64,000 nt of DNA from NCBI GenBank assembly GCA_039934415.1, contig JBDTME010000001.1, positions 442,461 through 506,460 on the forward strand, read 5' to 3'. Below, in pieces: positions 28,292-37,340 of the stretch; positions within the stretch are counted from its first letter, which is position 1, and each line of letters starts with the position of its first letter. The stretch comes from Patescibacteria group bacterium (GTDB lineage: Bacteria > Patescibacteriota > Microgenomatia > UBA1400 > PJMF01). Under the pieces are notes generated by a model. It made no database searches. It worked only from the letters and a program-made list of their open reading frames with translations, and had not been told where the DNA came from. A program made the translations under genes and the position numbers.

Positions 28292-28870
28292 ATGGGAAAA
28301 ATAATCGCTGGTATGGCTATATCTCTGGACGGATTTATCAACGACGCTGATGGGAGCGTCGAAAAATTGTATTCAGATTTTAGTGAACTTCATGATGTTC
28401 CATCGTTTAAGGAAATGATTAAAGACACAGGGGCTGTGATTATGGGTAAAGGTGTTTACAAAATGGCAGACCCTTTTACTTGGGTCAACGATGATTACGA
28501 ATTTCAAACTCCTATTTTTGTCCTGACACATACACCACCTACAAAGTATCCCCAAGGAAACGATAAACTCAGTCTTACTTTTGTGACTGACGGTATTGAA
28601 AGTGCAATCGCTCAAGCACGGAAAGCGGCAAACGGTAAAGATGTTCAGGTGATAGGTGCAAGCACGATTCAACAGTGCCTCAATTCAGGGTTATGCGATG
28701 AACTAGCATTAGATTTTATGCCCGTCATCCTAGGAAAAGGAAAAAAGCTATTTGAAAATATCGACACAGATAATATAAAACTTGAAAGAATTAAAGTTGA
28801 AGAAACAACTTCCGAAAGGACAAGTATTATATACAAAGTTACAAAAACAGCTCCGTCCAGAATCAGGTAG
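28292..28870 (+). CDS. dihydrofolate reductase family protein (RibD C-terminal domain type)
   Basis: MGKIIAGMAISLDGFI is the classic start of the YwjB/RibD_C family. 192 aa. Confidence 0.8.
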   Translation: MGKIIAGMAISLDGFINDADGSVEKLYSDFSELHDVPSFKEMIKDTGAVIMGKGVYKMADPFTWVNDDYEFQTPIFVLTHTPPTKYPQGNDKLSLTFVTDGIESAIAQARKAANGKDVQVIGASTIQQCLNSGLCDELALDFMPVILGKGKKLFENIDTDNIKLERIKVEETTSERTSIIYKVTKTAPSRIR

Positions 28871-28878
28871 TGTTGTGA

Positions 28879-29310
28879 TTAACTCAGCATCTTGCCATAA
28901 ACCATCATTACCATCCCCTGGGCAACATCCAGAACAACAGCCAGTCCGACTATCACCATCCATGAGCTAACACCTAAACCAAACTGTTCCGAAAAGCGAG
29001 AAATGACCCACAGCGTTGCTACATTCACGACAAGGTAAAGTACTGACCACTCGATAGGTGAGAAAATTCTTTGACGTGCAGCCTCATACTTACTCACAAA
29101 TGGCATCACAATCGCTCCAATGACAGCAAGTTTACTCATACTCATCCCAACCGCCCACCAGTAACTTAGTGCATGTGTCCCTAGAACAATTGCTTTAGGA
29201 AAAAGTGATTGTGCGATAAATAATACTGCCACGTTTGTGACGAATAAAACCAAAGTTGAAATGACTAAAGTCATGCCAGAAATCTGTGGGAAATTTTTTG
29301 TTGTTGCCAT
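28879..29310 (-). CDS. membrane protein, paralog of 51138..51608
   Basis: C-terminal block VVNVATLWVISRFSEQFGLGVSSWMVIVGLAVVLDVAQGMVMMVYG closely matches VVNFATVWLMSRVSQVFGLGISSWLVVLIVSIVLDVVQGAAMMLVEG in the other gene. Confidence 0.5.
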   Translation of the reverse strand: MATTKNFPQISGMTLVISTLVLFVTNVAVLFIAQSLFPKAIVLGTHALSYWWAVGMSMSKLAVIGAIVMPFVSKYEAARQRIFSPIEWSVLYLVVNVATLWVISRFSEQFGLGVSSWMVIVGLAVVLDVAQGMVMMVYGKMLS

Positions 29311-29567
29311 ATATCCTTTTAATAAATATGTAAGCTTTACTCAATTAAAACACACTCACAGTTTGTACAGCTAGTATGAATCTGAACACAAAGTTTATAT
29401 ATTCTTCTCAACTACTAAATTTCCCCAAAATATAATGTGAACGAGACTGGTCCTTTTCCCACTTATAAAGTGATCAAGTCTCTTGTTACACTGAATAACT
29501 ACTGTACTATTGTGGTTTATGAGAGTTCAGAGCAGAATAAAGCCAATTGCAAGAAAAACAGAGACTT

Positions 29568-30101
29568 ATGGATAAAAATGCTGAAACTCCACCCACTGGA
29601 AATCGATTTGAGACATTACGAGCACAAGAATATATAGATATTACTAACGGTTTCCCTTTTTCTAATTCCCAGGATTTTTACGATTTTATTTGGGATTCTG
29701 CTGAATACCACGAGACTACAAGATTTCCCATTGTCAGTCTGCGGCAGACTGATGGTAGCACCCGTGTATATATGCTGCTGAAAAACACACAAAATGGAAA
29801 ACAAGATCATCACTCTCTATTAGGGCGTCTGGGACTTCTGTTAGAGCAGCTTGAACAAGATGCCTCCCCTGTCGCCTTTACCACCTCACTGGAAGGTCAC
29901 GGATACACTAAACCGGAAAAAGGTTCGTACCTTGAGTTTACAGCCAAAAATGAGTATGACGACAAACCAGAGACAAAATATATATCACTTGGTAAAGGTT
30001 CTGACTTATTTCCTCTACAGAATAGTCAATTTACTAATGAGGGGAAACAGACACTTACAGAAATATTCGGACGCTTGAACGTGCAGGTGCGTACTAATTA
30101 A
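29568..30101 (+). CDS. hypothetical protein
   Basis: ORF 29547..30101, with likely start MDKNAETPP. No motif. Confidence 0.4.
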   Translation: MDKNAETPPTGNRFETLRAQEYIDITNGFPFSNSQDFYDFIWDSAEYHETTRFPIVSLRQTDGSTRVYMLLKNTQNGKQDHHSLLGRLGLLLEQLEQDASPVAFTTSLEGHGYTKPEKGSYLEFTAKNEYDDKPETKYISLGKGSDLFPLQNSQFTNEGKQTLTEIFGRLNVQVRTN

Positions 30102-30194
30102 AAGAGCCAATAATGCAGGAGATTCGCTACTTGGACAAGTTGATCGATGAGCTGGCAAAAGGCAAAACAATGGAAAAAATATTACGGTAGGAAT

Positions 30195-30452
30195 ATGACA
30201 GAAAAAATTCGTTGTCAAAGTTGTGGAATGCCTTTGGGTGAAGGGTTTTTTGGTACAAATGCTAACGGATCACTTACTCAGGAGTATTGTAAATTCTGTT
30301 TTCAACTTGGCAAATTCACTCACCCTGAATTAACAATTCCAGACATGATTCGAATGTCTGTTAAAAATATGGTAGAAGAACTTCATCTCGATGAAGACAA
30401 AGCAAAAACTTTAGCAGAGTCTTTTATTCCTCAGCTAAAAAGGTGGAAGTAG
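30195..30452 (+). CDS. putative zinc-ribbon domain protein (Zn_ribbon_2-like)
   Basis: IRCQSCGMPLGEGFFGTNANGSLTQEYCKFCFQLGKF matches the CxxCGMPL...FGT...YCxxC pattern of that family. Confidence 0.6.
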   Translation: MTEKIRCQSCGMPLGEGFFGTNANGSLTQEYCKFCFQLGKFTHPELTIPDMIRMSVKNMVEELHLDEDKAKTLAESFIPQLKRWK

Positions 30453-30720
30453 AGAAAGAAGGAATCCTGAAATAATTGTTCACGAGGAAGTCAACTCAAT
30501 TACAACTGTTATTAGTAGTTTTTTAGTAGTTTTATGGAGTTACTGAGTGACGAAGAACCAACCTTAGCCATGTAGTTATTAATTTATCTTGGAAAAATCC
30601 AAAGATAATAGATCAAATTGCCAAGGTTGTTAATGGCGAAATCGTCACTGAATTACCAGATAGTGAAACCAAGCCAGAAGTCGATGTTTTAATTATTGTT
30701 GGAAGATAACCAAAGTCAAG

Positions 30721-31056
30721 TTAAAAAAAGTAACCTCTATTGACTACTGCGCCAAGTACAATGAGTACCTGCACTAATACTAAACAAAAATTTGTTAGTA
30801 TAATCGGCTTTTCACCATTCAGCACACCATATACAAACCAAGCAAAAGATATGATGGAAAAACCAACCCAAGAGGTAACTGAAAGACCGGAACTATCTTT
30901 CGAAACCCACACAGTGATGAGTTGCGGAATATTTACAACGATAGCCATGAACGCAACAACATATATAAAATAGCCATACGCTTGAGAAACACTTTTTTTT
31001 AACCAAAAAGTCTTTACAGATCTCTTTTTTTTAATATGATGCATTCCGAAATTCAT
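30721..31056 (-). CDS. PQ-loop repeat membrane protein (SemiSWEET-like)
   Basis: NIPQLITVWVSKDSSGLSVTSW PQ motif and 3 TM segments. Confidence 0.5.
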   Translation of the reverse strand: MNFGMHHIKKKRSVKTFWLKKSVSQAYGYFIYVVAFMAIVVNIPQLITVWVSKDSSGLSVTSWVGFSIISFAWFVYGVLNGEKPIILTNFCLVLVQVLIVLGAVVNRGYFF

Positions 31057-31111
31057 AATTCGTCATCTGTATAAGATATTGTGCGAGTACTCTTTTATCT
31101 GAGAATGAGTT

Positions 31112-31327
31112 CTATCCCCAACGAATATGTTTCCAAACTCGCTCGTGAAAAAAGTAAATTACGCTACTGAATAGATTGGTCAATATAATCAATGCTATTG
31201 CCACTGTGAACCGATGGGTCAGCAGATACACGACTAAAAAATCAGATATTACCACTAATATACGAAAAGTTATTGACTTTGCTATCGACCTTTTGATTGT
31301 ATTCGCAATTGGTTCTTTAATTTTCAC
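31112..31327 (-). CDS. DUF2061 family membrane protein
   Basis: KRSIAKSITFRILVVISDF...YFFHERVW matches the DUF2061 consensus (KTITWR...YYxHERxW). Confidence 0.65.
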   Translation of the reverse strand: MKIKEPIANTIKRSIAKSITFRILVVISDFLVVYLLTHRFTVAIALIILTNLFSSVIYFFHERVWKHIRWG

Positions 31328-31436
31328 AGCAACGTTAACTGTTTTTTAGTGCAATCTTTTAATAATACAAGGTATCTATTTTAAATATAACGCTCATTTT
31401 CTTTTTAATCTACGCCAAGCGGCGTATACTGCCTTC

Positions 31437-32147
31437 ATGGTTGATTTTAGTCCTGTTTTTTCTTCTAATAACGAAAGCGTGATCTTCAGCTGTGGTCTAT
31501 TATTAGCGGCTAACCAAGAAGCATCAGCTATTGCACTCTGTGATCAGATTGCAAAAAACAATCCCAATAAACTCAAATTTATACTGAACAAAGTGACTCA
31601 TCCTCCCTATGTGAGATTATATGAAACAGTGCTTCCCAGTAAAAACATCCCACTCGCGTTAGACAGATTAGAAAAAATTTCGGCTGATATGATCCCCTTT
31701 CAAATGGATTGGGGAATGATAGAACAAACCAATCATTTTGTGGCAATTTGGGGAGAATTAAATGATACGCTCAAAGTCTTTCATCAAGCGGTATTGATCG
31801 ATATCAATAACCTTAGAGAAGGTGATTTTAAAGAGAAATATATAGAAGATGAAAATAATCATGCTTTTTCAGAAAAGGAAGATGAGAGCTTTAGAAAATG
31901 GGGCTCCCCTTGGGTTGACCCATATATCCCCCATATGGTGGTAGCAAAGGCGGAGCCAGTTTTTGATGTTAAAAAAACAACTTTGGAATGGAAATTTAAG
32001 CATTGTTTATTTCGTGGATTACTAATCGGAATTCGCTCCGAACACGGCGACTTCACACATTCATATCAAATTAACTTTAAACAACCCACGCAAACAGAAA
32101 TTGACATTCCTGAGCTGTCAGTGTCATCTGTTTTGTCTCTAAAATAG
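31437..32147 (+). CDS. hypothetical protein
   Basis: 236-aa ORF. No motif. Confidence 0.4.
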   Translation: MVDFSPVFSSNNESVIFSCGLLLAANQEASAIALCDQIAKNNPNKLKFILNKVTHPPYVRLYETVLPSKNIPLALDRLEKISADMIPFQMDWGMIEQTNHFVAIWGELNDTLKVFHQAVLIDINNLREGDFKEKYIEDENNHAFSEKEDESFRKWGSPWVDPYIPHMVVAKAEPVFDVKKTTLEWKFKHCLFRGLLIGIRSEHGDFTHSYQINFKQPTQTEIDIPELSVSSVLSLK

Positions 32148-32179
32148 TTCGAAACGCTATCCTCGTTTTTTACCTTACA

Positions 32180-32818
32180 GTGGTTTTTGACTCAAAAAGA
32201 CTATTGAACTTATTTATTACTCAACGAGATCCTCGAAGCTCTGCTATACTTTTACTCATGAGTCGTTTTGGTCATTGGAAATATAAAAATCTCACTTTTT
32301 TACTCATCTCACTGTTAATTGCTTTCTTTGTTCTACGAAATGAGACTTTACACTCTTTCTTAATGCATCTGGGTAACTTGGGATATATAGGGGCTTTTTT
32401 TGCTGGTTTATTATTTGTCTCAACTTTTACCGTCGCAACAGGTGCAATCATCTTGCTGGTACTTGCTGAGACGTTGTCGCCGATTGAGCTTGGCCTGATA
32501 GCTGGTTTTGGAGCAGTATTGGGTGATTTTGTCATTTTTCGTTTTGTGAAAGATGACTTAACAACCGAAATTAAACTGCTTTATAACATTTTTGATAGAA
32601 AACACCAATTTAAGAAGGTATTGCGCACAAAATATTTTAGTTGGTCGCTCCCAGTCGTTGGTGCTCTTATTATCGCTTCACCTCTACCTGATGAACTCGG
32701 CGTTAGCCTAATGGGGATTTCGAAGCTTAAAACGTATCAATTTGTACTGCTATCTTTTGTGCTGAACATGGTCGGTATATTTCTTGTTACTTCTTCGTCA
32801 TTTATTTTTAAACCTTAA
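32180..32818 (+). CDS. hypothetical polytopic membrane protein
   Basis: Five to six hydrophobic segments. No motif. Confidence 0.45.
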   Translation: MVFDSKRLLNLFITQRDPRSSAILLLMSRFGHWKYKNLTFLLISLLIAFFVLRNETLHSFLMHLGNLGYIGAFFAGLLFVSTFTVATGAIILLVLAETLSPIELGLIAGFGAVLGDFVIFRFVKDDLTTEIKLLYNIFDRKHQFKKVLRTKYFSWSLPVVGALIIASPLPDELGVSLMGISKLKTYQFVLLSFVLNMVGIFLVTSSSFIFKP

Positions 32819-32880
32819 GACATTGAAGTTGAATGTTGTTCAAGATGTTAGGAAACAATGTCTAAATGGAAAGGAAGCGT

Positions 32881-33363
32881 ATGAAAAAATATAAATTATT
32901 GCCAATGGCAATCTTTGGGTGTGCGATATTTGTACTAGCAGGTTGTTCACAAACAACTCCGGCAAAAGTTGAAATGAGAAGTGAAAATGTCCCTGGTGAA
33001 CCAGAATCTTCGAGTAGTGAAAAAGTCAAAATGAAAACTGATGGTCGATATGAACCATTCACACCAGAAGTGTTAGCAGATGCTTCAAATAGTAGAAGGG
33101 TGCTCTTTTTCTATGCGAATTGGTGTCCAACGTGTAAACCAGCAAATGAGAGTTTTATTAAAAATGAACAACTCATTCCTCAGGACGTGAAACTTATTCG
33201 TGTAAATTATAATGACTCAGATACTGATCAAACAGAAAAAGATTTAGCGAAAAAGTATGCCGTCACCTATCAACACACCTATGTCCAAATTGATGCTCAA
33301 GGAAACGAACTCAAGAAATGGAATGGTGGAGAAATAGAAGAACTCTTGAGTAACATAAAGTAA
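32881..33363 (+). CDS. thioredoxin-fold lipoprotein
   Basis: Lipoprotein signal ...VLAGCS and the thioredoxin active-site WCPTC. Start moved to MKKYKLL. Confidence 0.75.
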   Translation: MKKYKLLPMAIFGCAIFVLAGCSQTTPAKVEMRSENVPGEPESSSSEKVKMKTDGRYEPFTPEVLADASNSRRVLFFYANWCPTCKPANESFIKNEQLIPQDVKLIRVNYNDSDTDQTEKDLAKKYAVTYQHTYVQIDAQGNELKKWNGGEIEELLSNIK

Positions 33364-33373
33364 GGAGACCCCT

Positions 33374-33817
33374 ATGGCAGCAATCACCAACAAAAAATTT
33401 GAAGGATTCTCAGAAGAAGAACGATCTGCTATGAAAGCCCGTGCCAAAGAATTACTAGCCGAGGCTAAAGCTGATAAAAACAAAGCTCAGGGAGAAGCCG
33501 CCCTACTCAAAGCGATTGATGAGATGTCTGCAGCAGATCGCAGTATGGCCAAACGACTCCATGCTCTCATTAAAAAGAATGCCCCAACACTGTGGCCAAA
33601 AACTTGGTATGGAATGCCAGCATATGCTAAAGATGAAAAGGTTGTTTGCTTCTTCCAAAGTGCTGAAAAGTTCAAAGCGCGATACTCAACATTGGGTTTT
33701 AGTGATACTGCCAAGCTCGATGAAGGCGATATGTGGCCAACTTCATTCGCACTCAAGAAATTAGGTGATGCTGAAGAAAAAAAAATTAGCGCACTCCTAG
33801 AAAAAGCAGTGCGCTAA
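33374..33817 (+). CDS. DUF1801 (YdhG-like) domain protein
   Basis: [36 protein letters not shown] pattern of DUF1801. Confidence 0.65.
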   Translation: MAAITNKKFEGFSEEERSAMKARAKELLAEAKADKNKAQGEAALLKAIDEMSAADRSMAKRLHALIKKNAPTLWPKTWYGMPAYAKDEKVVCFFQSAEKFKARYSTLGFSDTAKLDEGDMWPTSFALKKLGDAEEKKISALLEKAVR

Positions 33818-33845
33818 TCATTGTTAAAAACTTAGAGTGTGAACA

Positions 33846-34082
33846 TTAGTCCTCAGGGAGACCAGCAAAAGCCTTTTTGGTTTTCATGTACCATCCCATC
33901 CCTTTGATCGGATTTTTCCATCTCCCCTGCATGTCTTTCAATGCACTTTCGTGCGTTGCATCACCTTTTGCAACCATTTCTTTCAAATGAGCATCTTGTG
34001 CTTTTATGACGTCATCACCCGTATTCCCATGGAATGCTAAATCACATGGACCACCCATTTGTTTACATGTCATTGTTTTCAT
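33846..34082 (-). CDS. DUF1059 domain protein
   Basis: MKTMTCKQMGGPCDLAFHG is a characteristic DUF1059 start. Confidence 0.7.
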   Translation of the reverse strand: MKTMTCKQMGGPCDLAFHGNTGDDVIKAQDAHLKEMVAKGDATHESALKDMQGRWKNPIKGMGWYMKTKKAFAGLPED

Positions 34083-34254
34083 AAAGTATCTCCTCTTGTA
34101 ATACCGTCAAGTATACTTCAAGTACTGTTATCTGGATAATGAACACGTATCCATTACACAAGAAAAGTCTACATCACCTGATAATTCACTTCATCTGAAT
34201 TGTATGGAAATTCCATTACCTGAGACATTTTTTGCTGTTCTGACATAAATTTCA

Positions 34255-34827
34255 TCACTCCTTCAAATGATCGATGCTTGCAAGTGCTATTAACCTTGTT
34301 TTTCCGACACTAAGATCAGCTTCAATAATTGTAATAGAACATTCTTTTATATTCACGTCCAAGGTCACATCAAAGTCTTGATTTCTCAAAAAATCAGTAG
34401 TGATGCCACCATGTGTCACCAATACTATATGTTCGTGTTCGCTTTGTAAGTACTCCCTTATGATTTTTTCCAAACGTTCTCCTGATCTTAGGGAAGAATC
34501 GCCAGTCGGTGGCTGCCATTCTCTATCATGAGAACCTCTTCTCCATTCTTTTAAAAAATTAGGAAAAGTTTGTGCTGGATCGCTTCCCCAATTCATCCGT
34601 TCTTTCAGAAGTTCGTTTGTTTCAACTTTCAAACCCAAAAGATCTGCTATGTGCATTGCAGTTTGTTGAGTTCTCAGCAATGGACTCGCTACAATCTTGG
34701 AAATCGGGATTGATTTTAAATATTTTGCTGCCAACAGTGCTTGTCTATTCCCTGTTTGCGATAAGGGGGGATCACCAGGGATTCTCAACTTTTCCCCATG
34801 TCGAATGATGTAGAAGCGTTTAGTCAT
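34255..34827 (-). CDS. histidine phosphatase family protein (phosphoglycerate mutase-like)
   Basis: IIRHGEK catalytic RHG motif at the N-terminus, and a second His in VLVTHGG. Confidence 0.8.
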   Translation of the reverse strand: MTKRFYIIRHGEKLRIPGDPPLSQTGNRQALLAAKYLKSIPISKIVASPLLRTQQTAMHIADLLGLKVETNELLKERMNWGSDPAQTFPNFLKEWRRGSHDREWQPPTGDSSLRSGERLEKIIREYLQSEHEHIVLVTHGGITTDFLRNQDFDVTLDVNIKECSITIIEADLSVGKTRLIALASIDHLKE

Positions 34828-34847
34828 AAACAGAGTATAGTACGGTT

Positions 34848-35168
34848 ATGGATTATCTCGCATTTTTACGACAGTACAGACTTGGCCCTTTCCCTCTTTT
34901 TGATACAGCACTTGCATATGCTGGTGTTTTTCTGGTCGCACCCCTTTTAACAAAATTATTTAAAAAAATTCACCTTAACATATCTTGGACCGAGTGGCTC
35001 TGGTTGACTCTGCCCATTTCAGTTCTCTTCCATCTTATTTTCCGTCAAGACACACCACTGATGCGGCTCCTCTCAGATCCTTACCATGTGTACTTCTACA
35101 TAATAGTCTTCGTTCTCATCTTCATGACTTATATGGGTTTAAGAAACTGCAAAAAACCACTCAAATAG
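34848..35168 (+). CDS. hypothetical membrane protein
   Basis: Three hydrophobic segments. No motif. Confidence 0.35.
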   Translation: MDYLAFLRQYRLGPFPLFDTALAYAGVFLVAPLLTKLFKKIHLNISWTEWLWLTLPISVLFHLIFRQDTPLMRLLSDPYHVYFYIIVFVLIFMTYMGLRNCKKPLK

Positions 35169-35316
35169 TATTAAAAAAAAAAGACAACAGTATGGTACAA
35201 CTTTTCTTGCTTGAATGATCAGCCAAAACAATGTTACTATAATGTTACTATTAGATAATATTTAGTAAAAGAAACAATTAACTCAGCAGCTGATACAATT
35301 TAAAAAAGGAGTAAAT

Positions 35317-35715
35317 ATGGTAGATGTTGTCAAAGAAACAGTGGTTACCCAAGACGATGCTGTAAAGCCAATTGTTGTTGCGCCAGTGAAAATTGAAGCA
35401 ACTAGTTTTCAAACCATTGAATACTTAATCTATTTTTTGTTCGGTGTACTCGAGGTATTACTCGCATTCAGGCTGATTCTAAAATTAATGGGGGCAAGTA
35501 TCTCAAGTGCCTTTGTGGGGTTCATTTATGGAGTGTCAGGAATCTTCATTCTCCCTTTTGAGGGAATTTTCAGGAAAGCAGTTACTCAAGGTATTGAAAC
35601 AGTTGCCATCCTTGAGCCCTCAACAGTCGTTGCACTCATCGTCTACGCAGTTCTTGCTTGGGGTGTGGTAAAATTAATCAGAATATTTTCTGGTGAGAAA
35701 CAGCCTTCAGAATAG
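35317..35715 (+). CDS. YggT-like membrane protein
   Basis: LEVLLAFRLILKLMG resembles the YggT repeat (LL.ARxILSW). Confidence 0.45.
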   Translation: MVDVVKETVVTQDDAVKPIVVAPVKIEATSFQTIEYLIYFLFGVLEVLLAFRLILKLMGASISSAFVGFIYGVSGIFILPFEGIFRKAVTQGIETVAILEPSTVVALIVYAVLAWGVVKLIRIFSGEKQPSE

Positions 35716-35729
35716 GCGGAAAGAAAGAT

Positions 35730-35969
35730 ATGAGTATTATTTTTTGGATTGTTTTTGGATTGATTGCAGGTAGCATTGCTAACTTCATTTCTCCAAGTTC
35801 CCAAGGAGGGATTGTTGGCTCGATCATATTAGGAATCGTTGGCTCTGTCGTCGGTGGTTTCTTAGGTGAACGGTTTTTTGGAGTTGGAGTCACCGGATTC
35901 AACTTGATGTCCTTTATAGTCGCAGTAGCAGGCGCACTGTTAGTGCTTTTCATTGCCAGACTATTCTAA
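35730..35969 (+). CDS. GlsB/YeaQ/YmgE family stress-response membrane protein
   Basis: IIFWIVFGLIAGSIANFI...GIVGSIILGIVGSVVGGFLG is a diagnostic pattern of this family. Confidence 0.8.
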   Translation: MSIIFWIVFGLIAGSIANFISPSSQGGIVGSIILGIVGSVVGGFLGERFFGVGVTGFNLMSFIVAVAGALLVLFIARLF

Positions 35970-36250
35970 AGTAAGTCTGCCAAGCACATCACTAGCTTTC
36001 ATATTCTCATTCTTTAATTAAGATTTTACTAACTCTTGACGGAGTTCTGTTGTTGCAGGCCGCCCATACTAAAAGTAAGATTTGTTGCGTTAAAGAAGTA
36101 ATAGCAGTGTGGAAGAATAAAAAGCAAGGGCGGCTATCATTGGTTTTATAAAATAGTTACTTATTTGTAACATTATTTATAATCAATGACGACCACGTTG
36201 TAAAGATGGGAAAATCTGTCAGAAAAAAACAAAAACAATAAGTAAAAAAA

Positions 36251-36499
36251 TCAAACTAACTCGAGGTCTTTTTTCATTCTGTGACTAATATCTTCTAGAT
36301 ACCAGTTTAAAACGACAGCTGTCTTGAGGTGAAGAGCGAGTGCTATTTTAGGTATTACTTTTTTCCCAGGCAAACGCTTGCCGTTTTCAATTAGCGTAAT
36401 ATAACTACGAGAGGTTCCACAAGCACTGGCTATCATCTGAACAGTGAAGCCGTTTTTTTTTCTCTCTACTCGAAGTTGCTCACCAAATGATTTGTTCAT
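36251..36499 (-). CDS. XRE-family HTH transcriptional regulator
   Basis: LRVERKKNGFTVQMIASACGTSRSYITLIENGKR. Start moved to MNKSFGEQ. Confidence 0.65.
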   Translation of the reverse strand: MNKSFGEQLRVERKKNGFTVQMIASACGTSRSYITLIENGKRLPGKKVIPKIALALHLKTAVVLNWYLEDISHRMKKDLELV

Positions 36500-36646
36500 A
36501 GTAAGGGGCTCGATTATAGGCATTTCAATGCAAAATGCAACTGTCACCACTTGAGAGCATTCTTCGTTATTACCTTCTCGTAACAAGTAAAATCCTCGAA
36601 TAAATAGTCAACAAAAATGTAAAAAAAAAAGTAAAAAAATGACTGA

Positions 36647-36666
36647 TTGCTAGCATATACTAGCAA
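36647..36666. promoter_or_regulatory. palindromic operator candidate TTGCTAG-N6-CTAGCAA
   Basis: Perfect 7-bp arms in the divergent intergenic region between the XRE gene and the ArsR-YHS regulator/copA operon. Confidence 0.35.
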
Positions 36667-36854
36667 TAGTCTCTATCTAATTTATTTGAATGAATTGTTA
36701 GAAACAAGATTTGAAGCAAGAGAAAAATATTCACTACTTCAATAATTCCCAATCTTTAAGTATTTCCGACACGTGACCAGCAGTGAGCATTGTAGTCAGT
36801 ATATACTGAATGTAGTCATTGACATACACCGCTAACATATTCTATTATTAGAAT

Positions 36855-37340
36855 ATGTACTTAGAGTTATTTGAAAAACACGCTGAACTTTTAAAAGCGC
36901 TCGCTCATCCTCGCCGATTGGAAATTATCCATCTGCTTCGAGACCAAGAATTACCAGTCAATGATATTCACACGATGCTCGATCTCCCCCAAGCGAACAT
37001 CAGCCAACATTTAATGGTTCTGAGGGAGTCTGGGATAGTTAACACTAGGCGAGATGGTAAACAAATTTATTACTCACTGAGTAGTACCAACTTCATTAAA
37101 GCAAGTGATTTATTACGTGAAGTCCTAATAGATAAGTTAAATAATCCTCAATTCTCACAAAATGCAGAACTCAAAATGAAAGATTTAGTGCCACTTGTCC
37201 ATGATCCAGTCTGTAATATGCGTGTCTCGCCCAAAACGGCCGGATTCAGTCATACTCATGATCATCAAACATTTTATTTTTGTGCAAGTGGCTGTTTAAA
37301 AAAATTTATAATGAAGCCGGAGCAATATGCCATCAACTAA
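36855..37340 (+). CDS. ArsR/SmtB family metalloregulator fused to C-terminal YHS/TRASH metal-binding domain
   Basis: HPRRLEIIHLL...NISQHLMVLRESGIV (ArsR HTH), followed by DPVCNMRV...YFCASGCLKKF (YHS domain). Overlaps the copA start. Confidence 0.8.
   Translation: MYLELFEKHAELLKALAHPRRLEIIHLLRDQELPVNDIHTMLDLPQANISQHLMVLRESGIVNTRRDGKQIYYSLSSTNFIKASDLLREVLIDKLNNPQFSQNAELKMKDLVPLVHDPVCNMRVSPKTAGFSHTHDHQTFYFCASGCLKKFIMKPEQYAIN

Noticed and set aside
29437-29637. 66-aa ORF upstream of and overlapping the 29568 gene
   Set aside because: Mostly covers an intergenic/promoter region. No RBS or motif. Likely spurious.
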